From contig NMRA01000606.1 of assembly GCA_002633005.1 (NCBI GenBank), forward strand, positions 1 to 64,000: a stretch of 64,000 nucleotides of DNA, read 5' to 3'. This document shows, piece by piece, positions 38,155 to 64,000 of the stretch; the first letter of the stretch is position 1, and each line of letters starts with the position of its first letter. The stretch comes from Phoronis australis (taxonomy: Eukaryota; Animalia; Phoronida). Made by a program: the position numbers and the translations under genes. Below the pieces are notes generated by a model. That model was not told the DNA's origin. It saw only the letters and a list, made by a program, of their open reading frames with translations, and made no database searches.

Positions 38155-41100
38155 CTGAAAACAGAGATGCAAAATCTTGATTGACAGGTGCTTATCATCC
38201 TAGCGAGTATGCGAGTTCAGTCCTTGATGACATTTTTCTCTCAATATTTACAGAAGATTGTCTTCTCACTGTTGTGTGAAAGACCCTTTTTCCTACAGTA
38301 GTTTTCAACAGAAACTAGAAACACTTTCACATAATTCTGTCAGACTTTACCCAACTTCTTGCCAGAATTATTTGGAAATTTTGTCATTCAAAATTCGCCA
38401 GAATAAAATGACACTCTTTTCGATGTTTAATCATGTACAGTCGTTGCACATAGTTGCTAATTGATTAGTTTGTAAATGAACTTGCAAAGCAAGCTGTCAT
38501 GATTTCGACAAAGTGTGCAGAGCGGCACCTGCAGAGATTTAGTTGACAGGTTGCCATAACTGAGGCATGTTCTAATAAAAAAGATAGTATTTGCAGTTTT
38601 GTGTGTCTAAACTTGATTGAATTTCGATGCTATCCAGTTTATTTTAAAAGCTACAGTAACAACTGTTACAGTTGATAAACCTGCTCCAGGTTTTAATAAG
38701 GAAGGAAAATCAAAATAGCTGCCGAACTTCTTCAGACAATATGTGAAACTTAATACGAGATCGGTAGACTTCGAACAATGCACAAATGTCTTCCTTCACT
38801 GAAGATGGTCTAGAGCTCAACATTACAACCAGTCCAATCGAAATGCCATGGATAGTTCCTTGCCTACATAGAAGTGGGATCTACCACTGGTAGCTTGTAA
38901 AGAAGGGCATCCTAACAGTGACAAATTCATGCTTCAAACTTGAAACTATTCATTTCACATTTTTCAGATTTAAAATGCCCTTTAATCACAAAACTTTTGA
39001 TTTTGGCATAACGAAAATGAGTCTGAAACTATCCCTAAGTCAATCTGGAGATCAATACAGGGTTTCTCGAGAAGCGGGATTCCCGTTATAGCTTGAGACA
39101 AGACTTTACAAGTTTGTTGGTTATTTGTTAGAAACAGGCTCAGCGCATATATTTACACACGATGACAAGTCAACTTTGCAAACCCAAAAATCATTTCTCA
39201 TCAGAGTACAGAGGAAGTTGAGATAATTTTCATAGTAATTAGTTGTTTAATTCAAATTGCCTTCTAAGACAGAATGCAAGTTTAGAACCACTTTTCACCG
39301 ATAGTCTGATGCCAACAGTCAGATAAAACATATTTTGAGAACCAGTTTGATGCCCGTTTGTCAGTGGAGAAAACTGGTTCTCAAAATTCAGGCATGTTAT
39401 ATCCAACCATTACCTAGTCTGACAGTTTCATGAACCGAGAAGACTAAGCTATTCTACCTTCTCTTTTCCGGCATGACTATTCACGACACTGAGACTGAAT
39501 TTGAGTTCAAGAGTCAAGTGCCTATTTAGGAAGGCATCATTTGCATTGATTAAATACACTACTCACAGAGAAGGCTTGCTCACATCAGTGCTTCATTTTG
39601 TGAGGAGGCAATTGACACTAGATGTACTAGAGGCACTTTGTACTAATCAACTACAACGACCCTACTTTGACCAAACTGAAATCCACGCATCACAACTGAC
39701 ATACGTGTAAGTCAGAGCTTGGAATGATCCATGACAAAATAGAGGAAAATTTTCCAGGTAATGCAACGTTCTACAAATAAATAGGCTTATGCGATAAAAA
39801 TATTTTTTGTGTTGCAAAATTTAACCGCAAGAAATGTTTTTGCATGAATAAAGTCAAAATAATGGGAAAAAAGAGATGAAAAAAGAGATATCTGGAAATC
39901 AAAAGAGGAAATTGAAACCAATGAAGAAGATATCCTTTTAAAAGAGGAAAATTCGAAGCCTCGATACGGGTATTCACTTTCAGAGAAGATTATGCAACTA
40001 CTGCAGGTACCAGAGTAGTATATTTCCCGCTAAATTCAATTAGGTTGCCTGAAAACTGGACATGATGACTGAATGCAATAATATCACTTGACGTTTGTGG
40101 AACAAATCAACTTCAGTGTGAAAAATTCAAGTAAACACATACAACAAATGAATTCAAAGAGTTAAAAACCACTTCCCTGTAGGGGTCTACAGTTAAGAAG
40201 ACTCTATGTAAACTCACTTTGACCGTAGCACCCTCATGGCAATTTCTTTGTTCTGCAGCTGTGACCGTTCACTCTGACACTCGGCCACTTCACCTGTTGG
40301 CATATGCACGATACGTACTGCGCTATCCGTCGTGTTCACGTGCTGCCCTCCTTTGCCGCTGCTTCGACACGTCTCAATCTTCAGATCACGTGGATGGAGC
40401 TGAACCTCAATCTACGATGAACAAGTTGAACGGGATTTGATGAAATTGATTCCAGTTCATCCTGTGTGTTGCAGGGACGATTCACAGTTATTGCCAATAT
40501 CACCAGAGTACATAATGTGCCCAATATCTGACCCCTGTCCCTCCTAAAGTACACAAACATGATGTGATTTTCGTGGAAAATTACTCACTAGCACTGCTTC
40601 CATTGGTGTTTGTGAAAATAGTCCGTCCCAGATTACGCAGCGACACTCAAATCTCACTGTATTTACCCACAATGCCATAATATCTGTCAAGCATTTTGTA
40701 GCCTTGTTTTTGCGCCAAATGTTCTATGTTGTAATTGTAATCTTTACAAGTTTTTCTCAGCTGCATTACTCTATTCGTCCTTCCAATGTCAAAAAAGTAT
40801 TCCTTCTGCAGGGACATTCCTGACCAGGTTTGAAACTGTGGCCTTTGGGTACGCCTGATGATAAAAAGTATGCCTGTTTTTCAAAAAGTTGTGCCCAGCA
40901 GACTAAAGTGATAGCATGGAACAGAAATCCCAAGGGCAACCAAAACAAGAACGGAGTCATGTGCAAAAGTTGCCTTTTTATTTAAAAATTCCACACAAAA
41001 TGCAATCTGAGAGACTTAAAACAGAATTTTCAGCTGTGGCAGAATAAGAAAAGTCATGTTAGTAAAAAAAACTATGTAAAATCTAACAAGCCAAATCAAA

Positions 41101-44100
41101 AAGCCTGTAATCTGCCACAATGGTAACACAAAAAGTGATAAGATACGCAAGAAAGAAGAGTTCCTTGCTTCAAAAGTTATGCTCATTTATTTTTAAACAT
41201 ATCTGCAAAACGTGCTCATGAATCGGCACTGGACAAGGCTTTACAACATGCTCTTAACCATTCCACAAAAGGTTGGAATAATTGTTCATTGAACACATAC
41301 TACTGTACTGCCTGTCAAAAAACCTTGACTGACAGCTCGACATGCTGCGAAATCAGTGCAGCCACGTGTGCAAGAAAACAACCCACTAGACGACATGCAA
41401 TATAACTTTTACAGCCCATTTAGCTTTTCAATAACACACTGCCAATCTTTAGAATAACCGTTACGTGACAAATACAGAATCTCATGTTCCCTTCTGTCAC
41501 AAGCTATTGTCTTCACACTCTCACGCTTTGCCATTTTGACAACTTAGCAGGAGCTGGTCAGAATCAAACAAGGTAAACAATCAACAAACAGCAGAAGTCA
41601 CTGTTTATAGTTTAGGCCGGTGATGAAGAATACAGACAGAAGAGGCCCTGTGATTGGTCAATTATCTTCCTATCCATTTAAAACGAGTAGAAGCAAGTTT
41701 CTGACTTTGCAGCTCGAGATTTCGGTTAAAATCATAGGAATATATATTTTCCAATTTCTAATTTAAAGACCTTTTTCCATTTCTACTATTATCTCACCAC
41801 TAACTGAGTAACAACTCGGAAAAAAATCTTCGAATTTGTGTATTTTTGCCAAACCTTGAGTATTTGCATACTTCAAGCAAATTTGCATACAAATCCACTT
41901 TTTTGTGTGCGGTACACAGGTCTGCCCACTCAGCTTTTTGACGTCTTACATTGCAATGGTTAGACTTGAGTGGCATCCCAATGACCAATGAAAAACTAGT
42001 GGCAGCAGTGCACTACTGCCGAATGCACAGCATTGTGGGTAAATACTAGTCAGTATTCTGGTGAGTGGGAATTGTTGACAATCAGCCATACCCCATCACT
42101 TACCTCCTGGGGCTGGGGTAATACTGCCACTGTGCAAGTGCTGGTATGTACCCTCCCTGCTCTCTCCGTCCGCGGCACCCTCTGCACTCGATGAACGCCC
42201 CCCTCAAACTTCAGACTCCCATAGGCACCCACACCACTGATCATGGCCATAGCATGCCTCATGCCACCTGGTGGAAAGAAACAGAATCAAATAAGATCAT
42301 ACACATCTTCCATTTTGGCATAAGGACAACGTTCACGCTGTCTCGGTTATTACTCTAACCTTATACTCAGTCCATTTGCAACAACCCCAGGGCCTGAAAC
42401 TGTTAGCCTATGTGCGTTCAAAATTCAAAGTTAGACACCACTGTTGAGTGATAGCTTAAGCATAGTTAGTTTATTTAGTTTCCAATAGATGGCGCTTGCC
42501 TACATACTTTGTCTGTTACATCCTCAATAAAGGTCAAGTTTAGAACTTAAAAGCTCTACTCTAAATGCTGATTTTGCATACACAAAATGACTTATCGCAA
42601 CAAGTTGAACAACCACAACAGTATAAAATTCTCTATTCACCTAATTGTAACGGTTTTCAAAAAATAATAAATTCTTGGCGGAAGATGTATGAGCTCTACA
42701 CATGCCAAAACCAACCAAATAAAACATCAATTCCCCATTATAACAGGTCATTCTAACCACTTTGTCAGTGAATTCTGTTTGCACTCAGCTGACATGACGG
42801 GGAAACCCATTTAAGCTCAGCCAACATGATGGGAAATTTTGGCTTATTTTGTCTGCACCTTGGAAACATTACAATCGTAGAAAATTATAAGCGTTTCCCT
42901 TCTCCAAGAATTTGTCTGTATTATTTATTCTGCAAATGCAACACCAAAACAAAACAAGATTGACCAATGAGTGCTAAGCTTGTACAATAGATTATAGACA
43001 ACAGGTTCGCAGACATTTTCTTGCACAATATCCTAGAGGAGGCACCACCCTCTACACATAGCATACTCAATTTTCGGTAATTATATTGTGACAGGAAATT
43101 CTTGCATCTATTTTACTTTCCAGAACAACAACAAAAAAATGTTGGCATTGAAACACTGTTCAAAGTCTTCCAATAGTAGAACTCTTGGTATCATGAGTAC
43201 TTTTGTCACTACAACTGGTCATGCACCCGACCACACAACATCCGACTATGATTAGCAGACGACGTACATACAGGAAGTAAAACTTGCTATGTCTGCCAGG
43301 CGTTGCTACCGAATAGTGAGAGCATGGCTTATGTGCAGGATCACAGATTTCGTCCATTGAAAACATACGGAGTTGGCGGTCCATGTACTATTAGTCTATG
43401 CTTGTACTGACTTAATAGATGAGCCAGCAAAGAGTTACTTCTTACCAAGTTCACTGACAGAGTACTCCACAACCTGAAGTTGCCATCCTTGGTTGATAGC
43501 ATAGTTCTGGTACATATCAAAGAGTTCCTTAGAGAACAACATAGCCTCCAGTCCCCCTACGCCAGCTGTCACCTCCAGCACGATATCATTCATGTCTGCC
43601 ACTTCATGAGGCACCAAGTTGTTTAATATCTACAAAACAAAGAGTGTTACATGTGAACGTTTTTTCCTCTACATTATTACAAATACAACAGTGATCTGTT
43701 TTACCAAAGGCCATATGTCATGTAGCAAACATGGCTGAAAGCACATTACTGCCGAACACGAGGCCGCACTGGTTTGCATTATACATGGCCACAATGTTTT
43801 TCTTGAGTTATTAATTAATAAATTTACCATACATCTCAACACTTAGTTATTCACAAGCAGTTCCTCACCCACGCTACAACACACCTGCTGCTCTACGAGC
43901 GAGATGGATTGCTGGCACTTGTCAAGGTCGTGTTGAGCAAGTGAGGCAAGCTCAGCATCATTACCTAGAGAGTAAAAGATTGTAGAGTTAAGGACGGTGA
44001 CTGCAACACATGTGACTTCATGAATGTCACTGCAATTAATCAAGTCTTTCACAACAGGAGGTATTCTATGCAATTGTGTTTACTTTCAGGTTTTAAACAC

Positions 44101-45064
44101 GCGGACTGTCTAAACGTAGTTAACCAAGACAGAAAATGTAACAAAAACTGACATCTGCCAATAACCAAGTTTAGATTTAAGCTACTTACAATTTATAATA
44201 AAATTCTATCATCTTATTTGTTGCCCACACAAGAGATGATTACTAGGTTTGAGTAGAACTGACAGTTTGGTCTTGCATCAGACCAAGCTAATTTTAATGA
44301 ATAAGATAAACATTCCATGTGGCCTCAAGGGTTTAAGCATTTGGTGCACAGATGCTGTGGGTTCAATCCAACATCTCAACCACCCATTAAGCCCAAGATT
44401 CTCACTAGAGTTTCTGCTCAGTTCACTGAGAATGTAGCCACTCCCTAAAAGAGCCTGATCCTGGTCACAGGTACTACATGCAAGTCACATGGAGGGACAG
44501 GTGTTAATGCAATTGGACTTCACACTCTTTGTCGTAGTAATTATTTGCCTATTTAGTACACAAAATGAGAAACAAGTGAAATTAACTTCTCTACGAAAGT
44601 GAAGTTACATATTTGAATCCAATATAAACTTGCTGGTTACTGTGTATATTAACTTTTTGAATAATTGTTGTACTATTATTACAACCTTTCTGCATTGCAT
44701 CCAATTCACTGCGCTCATCCGTTAAAGTGTAGTACTCTTTAACCAGCTCAGCCAGGGGAGACAAGTATGCGTGGCGTTTACTCAGTTCCCGTCTGTCTTG
44801 GCTAGACAGGTCAGGGTCCGTCAGTTTCTCCGCAGTATGTGTGCATTCCGACAACACAGTCTTTAAATAATTCTGCAAGCCTTCATTCACAAACACAGTT
44901 GATGTTGAGCAGGTGCGTTTTACATAAGATATTGGGAGCCTCAGATGAAATGAAATAAGGCTCCCAGTGCCATAGCTTTTGTTAATGCCTGCGGTAGGCC
45001 CAAGGACTGAGGATACGGAAATCAGATGTCTTGAAATTCTTGACAACAGTCTATGGAACACCAT
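37875..45064 (-). CDS. MTRF1L: Mitochondrial peptide chain release factor 1-like (mtRF1a), 426 aa
   Basis: Exons 45064-44686, 43964-43885, 43629-43446, 42267-42104, 40411-40218, 38154-37875 (1281 nt, in phase). Arg/Ser-rich N-terminal presequence-like stretch; [15 protein letters not shown]; [17 protein letters not shown] (RF1-type PxT); [15 protein letters not shown] (GGQ); [19 protein letters not shown]. Confidence 0.92.
40218..40411 (-). CDS. MTRF1L: MTRF1L coding exon 5 (GGQ motif)
   Basis: cgtag|[57 protein letters not shown]..|gtgag; this frame is absent from the ORF track. Confidence 0.94.
42104..42267 (-). CDS. MTRF1L: MTRF1L coding exon 4 (PxT motif)
   Basis: accag|..[37 protein letters not shown]|gtaag. 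Confidence 0.94.
43446..43629 (-). CDS. MTRF1L: MTRF1L coding exon 3
   Basis: tttgtag|[48 protein letters not shown]|gtaag. Confidence 0.92.
43885..43964 (-). CDS. MTRF1L: MTRF1L coding exon 2
   Basis: ctctag|..[26 protein letters not shown]|gtgtg. Confidence 0.87.
44686..45064 (-). CDS. MTRF1L: MTRF1L first coding exon
   Basis: [32 protein letters not shown]|gttgt; acceptor tttcag lies 21 nt upstream of the ATG. Confidence 0.85.
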
Positions 45065-45613
45065 AATTTAGAAAACCATCTGAACCTGAAACAGAACCAT
45101 TTTAAAGTTATGAAAGACCCTTCAGAAAAATGGCCAAATTTGAACATCTACCTCCGAACTGACCGATAGGATTATATGAATCTTTGATACTATGCTGTTC
45201 TCCAAAATGATGTTATGCAGTGCTTTTAAAATGCTCTACTGTTGCCCGAGGGATATTTGAAAAAATCAAGTTTCATGAAACAGAAATGAAATAATTTAGA
45301 AAAATTGTAACCGTGTTTTTGAAATTTCATCTTGAACATTTACATCAAACGGAATTTGGTCGTGTTTTTAATACCGTGGTTTAGCAACTGGTTAATTTTA
45401 TTAAAAAGACATAACCATGTGACCCAATTATTGACAGATAGGCAAGAAGAAAAATAGGATGTCCTGAATTATTTGATTTTTGTAATAAACTGCAACCCCG
45501 TGTCGTGTGACCATGTCTCTTTCTTAAAATAAAATGAAGGCTGAGTGTGCGCATGTTACCCTCTTTTGGACAGAAAATATAAGACTAAGCCAGTTTCACC
45601 TCACAGACTCGTA

Positions 45614-46033
45614 CCGGGATTTTCCATAGATAAGCCCACCCAATGAAATGCCCATGGGCATTTATTCAGAAAATTATGCCGAATAAACGCCCATGGACAT
45701 TACAGTTAACTTCTGGTATGAATAGTGGGGGCGTTTATTCGAGAAATGTCATCTTAAAGTACACTCAGCTTCAACTTTTAGCCACAAGGATTTTCCATAG
45801 ATAAAAACGAACAAGGTGTTGGAAAACTATGTATTTATTGACTCAAAATTTAAAAAGCACAGTTTCATGCAAAAAATTCCTGATATTTTCATATCTAGGC
45901 TATGACTTTCCATTTACACGCCCCCCCCCCTTTCCAAATTAACCCCCGGGCGTTAATTTGGTGTTACTGAAATGCCTGAAAATGTTCATTTTTTCGAATA
46001 CACGCTCATGGGCTTATCTACGGAAAACCCCGG
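45614..46033. mobile_element. MITE (pogo/Tigger-like TIR) upstream of the first MTRF1L coding exon
   Basis: ccgggattttccatagataagccca .. tgggcttatctacggaaaaccccgg; TA on the left flank only. Confidence 0.72.
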
Positions 46034-46287
46034 TTGGTTAGATGGCAGCACTCTAGGTAAGCCTGCGGCATCCAGGGCGATGTAATTGCCTAAGCACTCG
46101 AGTCAAGACACTGGCGACAGGACACCATCTGATCCAACCCAACTTCACCACTAAGTCGGCGTTTCGTCGTACTTGAATGAACGTGAATTTAAGTTTGAAC
46201 AACTTCCCACTAGAGTGTTGTAAACCTGATACACAATAACTATTAACAACTAGTCAGAGGTAGGGACTGAAACAAACTCTGAACTAC

Positions 46288-46376
46288 CTACAAACATTTG
46301 GTTCGATCACGGAAATCACGTTCTATTTCCGAAAGAGGTTTACGCATGCTCAAATGTGTTTTACTTCCGGGTGAAA
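46288..46376. promoter_or_regulatory. Bidirectional promoter shared by MTRF1L and CPSF3
   Basis: The genes are head-to-head. ETS/GABP-type ACTTCCGG at 46363-46370 and an NRF1-like ACGCATGCTC at 46342-46351. A minus-strand donor AG|gtagtt at 46288/46287 is a candidate end for a non-coding first MTRF1L exon. Confidence 0.6.
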
Positions 46377-61235
<14,859 letters not shown>

Positions 61236-61780
61236 TTACAAGAAATTCATATGTGAAGTTAGGCATATATTAACCGGCAGTTACTTGATTTCACCCGGTG
61301 ATACTGCCTTTGAGGTGACAGCTGGAAATGCTGAATGTGAAGTAAGGGTTTACATTAAGCTGCAGTTCCTCAGCTTACTGAAGTAATGTCTGTCAGGTGG
61401 TATCAATGAATACAAAATGTGAAGTTAGGCATAGATCAATCTGCAGTTACTTTATTTCACATGGTGATACTGGCTTTGAGATTACAGCGGGAAATGCAGA
61501 ATGTGAAGTAAGGGTTTACATTAAGCTGCAGTTCCTCAACTTCACAGAGTGGTAATGCCTGTAAGGTGATATCAATAAATAGAAAATGTGAAGTCAAGTT
61601 TTTCATTAACTGTAGTTACTCGACTTCACATGGTGATAATGCCTGTTAGGTGACACCAAGAAATCAAAATATGAAGTTAATTTCAGATTAAGCTAAAGTT
61701 ACTCGACATGATCGTGAATTTACTGTTATGCACCTGTGCAGTATGCTGATGTTATCATTTCCTGGGTTTCACTTGACTGT

Positions 61781-61835
61781 AAAGCTGATATACAGATACT
61801 GTGAAGCTTGATATACAGATACTGTGAAGCTGATA
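61781..61835 (+). repeat. 22-23-bp tandem repeat, about 2.5 copies
   Basis: aagctgatatacagatactgtg repeated. Confidence 0.8.
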
Positions 61836-64000
61836 TGGTGGTTTGAGGCAGCCAATCTCGGATTGTCGTTACAAGGATTTCCCATAAACTGACTGTACTT
61901 CAAGTTAAATGGCATTGTGAAACCTGTTGGCAACCAAGCTTGTTAAAGTATTGCACAAAAGTTCGACAAAATTACGATGCACTAATCTGTGACTAAGCAT
62001 CCAGTTCTTTGTGTTTGGAATACATTTCAATGCTGGCTAGACAAAATCTCCACGTGTGTTACTCCATTCACTTTGTCGAAATCTCAGACTGCTTAATGTG
62101 CAAGACTGTTTTACATAAATAAACAATTGAGCAGTTATGAGTAATGATGTTGCATTAGTCTCCCGTTAAATGTAGATAAAAACTGCTTTTTTGTTGTGAC
62201 AAACGTTGGATTAATTGCCAAATAATTCTGGGAAGAAGTTTGTCATAGTTTGATGGAATCTTGAGTTCTGTCAAAATCTGTCCAGTTTATTTTCAAGATT
62301 GATGTACAGTAGTTAAACAGGTTAATTCCAGACTAGAGGATTTACGAAATACTTCTGCATTATTGCTTATTTTAATGTTAAAAAAATCATTTGTATTTCA
62401 AAACTATGGAGATTGCTTTAGTTAATATTTGATTGTTGAATGACGTCATATGCATTGTTCAACTGGTGGTATGTGATATGCTGACGCACCATCATTGCTA
62501 TCCAGTTCATAACATTTATGCAACTGACCCACTGCCAAAGATGGGGGTGACCGGGAATGGGGGAGTGGAGCAAAACTGTGGTGACCAGGCGAGGGGGTGA
62601 CGGTGTTGCTTACTAGGATAGGCCGCTGGCATCTCTTCCCCCGTTAACCTGTGCAAGAGGGCTGTTTTAATGCTTTGACTCTGGGTTGAGAGTGTAGGTT
62701 AGGATTTCCCTGATGTTGTAACACCGTCGCTACCTTTGTGTGAGTGCCAGACCTTCATATTAGCTAATGGAAAACTCATTACTATGTCAGCTCTCCATTG
62801 CATCGGAGGACCCTGGATTAAACCTACAATTCCCCCACTCCCACCACGTTTCTTGGTGTTGTGTAATTGAGATGGGAAATATTGTCTGGTTTCAATTTGG
62901 GTTGAGCAGCTGATGTCTGAAATAGATATAAAGTTTTTTTGTAAACACTTTTGGTATCTTTTAGAATAAATTTTATAACTTGTACATTAACTTGCATATA
63001 ATTCATGAATTGGTTTTCCAAAGTGAAAAATAAAACAATTGCTGCTTTAAGTTTTCCGAAGATACACCTTTGGTTCAGGCTAACGACTAAGTTATTTTGA
63101 AGGTAGTTTTGTCCTTCAGAAGTAGGGCTTTATGGGAGATTGCGAATAAAAACTGGTAATGTCAAGGATGGGAGTTCATCTTTAACGCAGCGTTGTGTTA
63201 GTATGCCGATAGCCGGAAATAATAAGAAGTTTCAAGCCATGGTCCGTGTATATTGGTGTGGACGTATTAGCTTTGGATAATTTACTTCCTTATGGACATT
63301 TAACCGGAGCGAATATGGTCTCGTAGTGAATAATGTTGGACTGGTCATTACATTCTGTTCTCTGTTATCTCGGAGAGCAAATCATTTTAAGTCCAGTTTG
63401 TGTGAATTTCTGTGAGAGAAACTACACCAGTAATCATACAACACATATTCCAGATACAATCTCAAGTAACTTAACATCTGTACTTTGAACCCTGCGAACA
63501 GAGCAATGGTGAAACGTCTGAACAGTATACATACTCACAAGGATCTTTCGGGGAACTACTTTTGAGAGGATTCGAAAAAGTGCACGATTAAAAGGATACA
63601 TGTACTAAACCCTTTTTTGTGATTTTCATCAATCCTCGTTCTGTCACCTGACAATGCTTCATTGACGTCAATCTTCCAACTTCAGCGCAGGAATCATTAC
63701 ACTACACGTACCGAGAGTGGCGTACATAAAGTAATATCCCACGGTCTCAGTCGATACGCAGCATAAGGTCGATTTGCCACAACAGGTCAAGCAGAGTCGC
63801 CTGCATACGTGTATCAAGTGCGCATTCGCAGACAAATTGTTAATATTCGTATTGCGGGCTTGGTGCCTGCTATAGTCCAGGGCTGGAGTTCAAAGGCGTT
63901 ATAAGAGCTGCGCTTATTGAATCTTTTCCAGCCCCTGTTCACGACAAATTGTTTAACTTGATGTCGATTTGCTGTGCGTGACTAGGAATCCGTATGCGTG

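Noticed and set aside
62500-64000. Possible further gene or retroelement at the right end, including a short cagggctgga..tccagcccctg inverted pair near 63878-63936
   Set aside because: No recognisable protein motif in the frames I examined, and no TSD for the inverted pair.

Overview
Eukaryotic, intron-rich, AT-rich animal genomic DNA, probably a highly heterozygous invertebrate; the species cannot be named from sequence alone. I reconstructed four spliced protein-coding genes by hand using GT-AG boundaries and phase continuity: (1) the 3' part of an A1CF-like RRM/dsRBD-like RNA-binding protein (+, 9 exons, 9109-23339); (2) ZCCHC17/pNO40 (-, 8 exons, 34989-27866, 226 aa); (3) an MTRF1L-type mitochondrial release factor (-, 6 coding exons, 45064-37875, 426 aa); (4) CPSF3/CPSF73 (+, 16 exons, 46377-61235, 686 aa), head-to-head with MTRF1L. 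Introns carry many MITEs and minisatellites. Two duplications next to single-N gaps look like uncollapsed haplotypes and show filled versus empty MITE sites. The most notable observations are a 65-bp tandem array that places four stop-containing decoy acceptors ahead of CPSF3 exon 9, a candidate poison or alternative-terminal exon in the A1CF-like gene, a CPSF3 3' UTR built from copies of its own stop-codon region, and a 97-bp near-perfect hairpin MITE in CPSF3 intron 1. Most ORFs in the supplied track are spurious. All gene identities are by recognition from memory, not database search.
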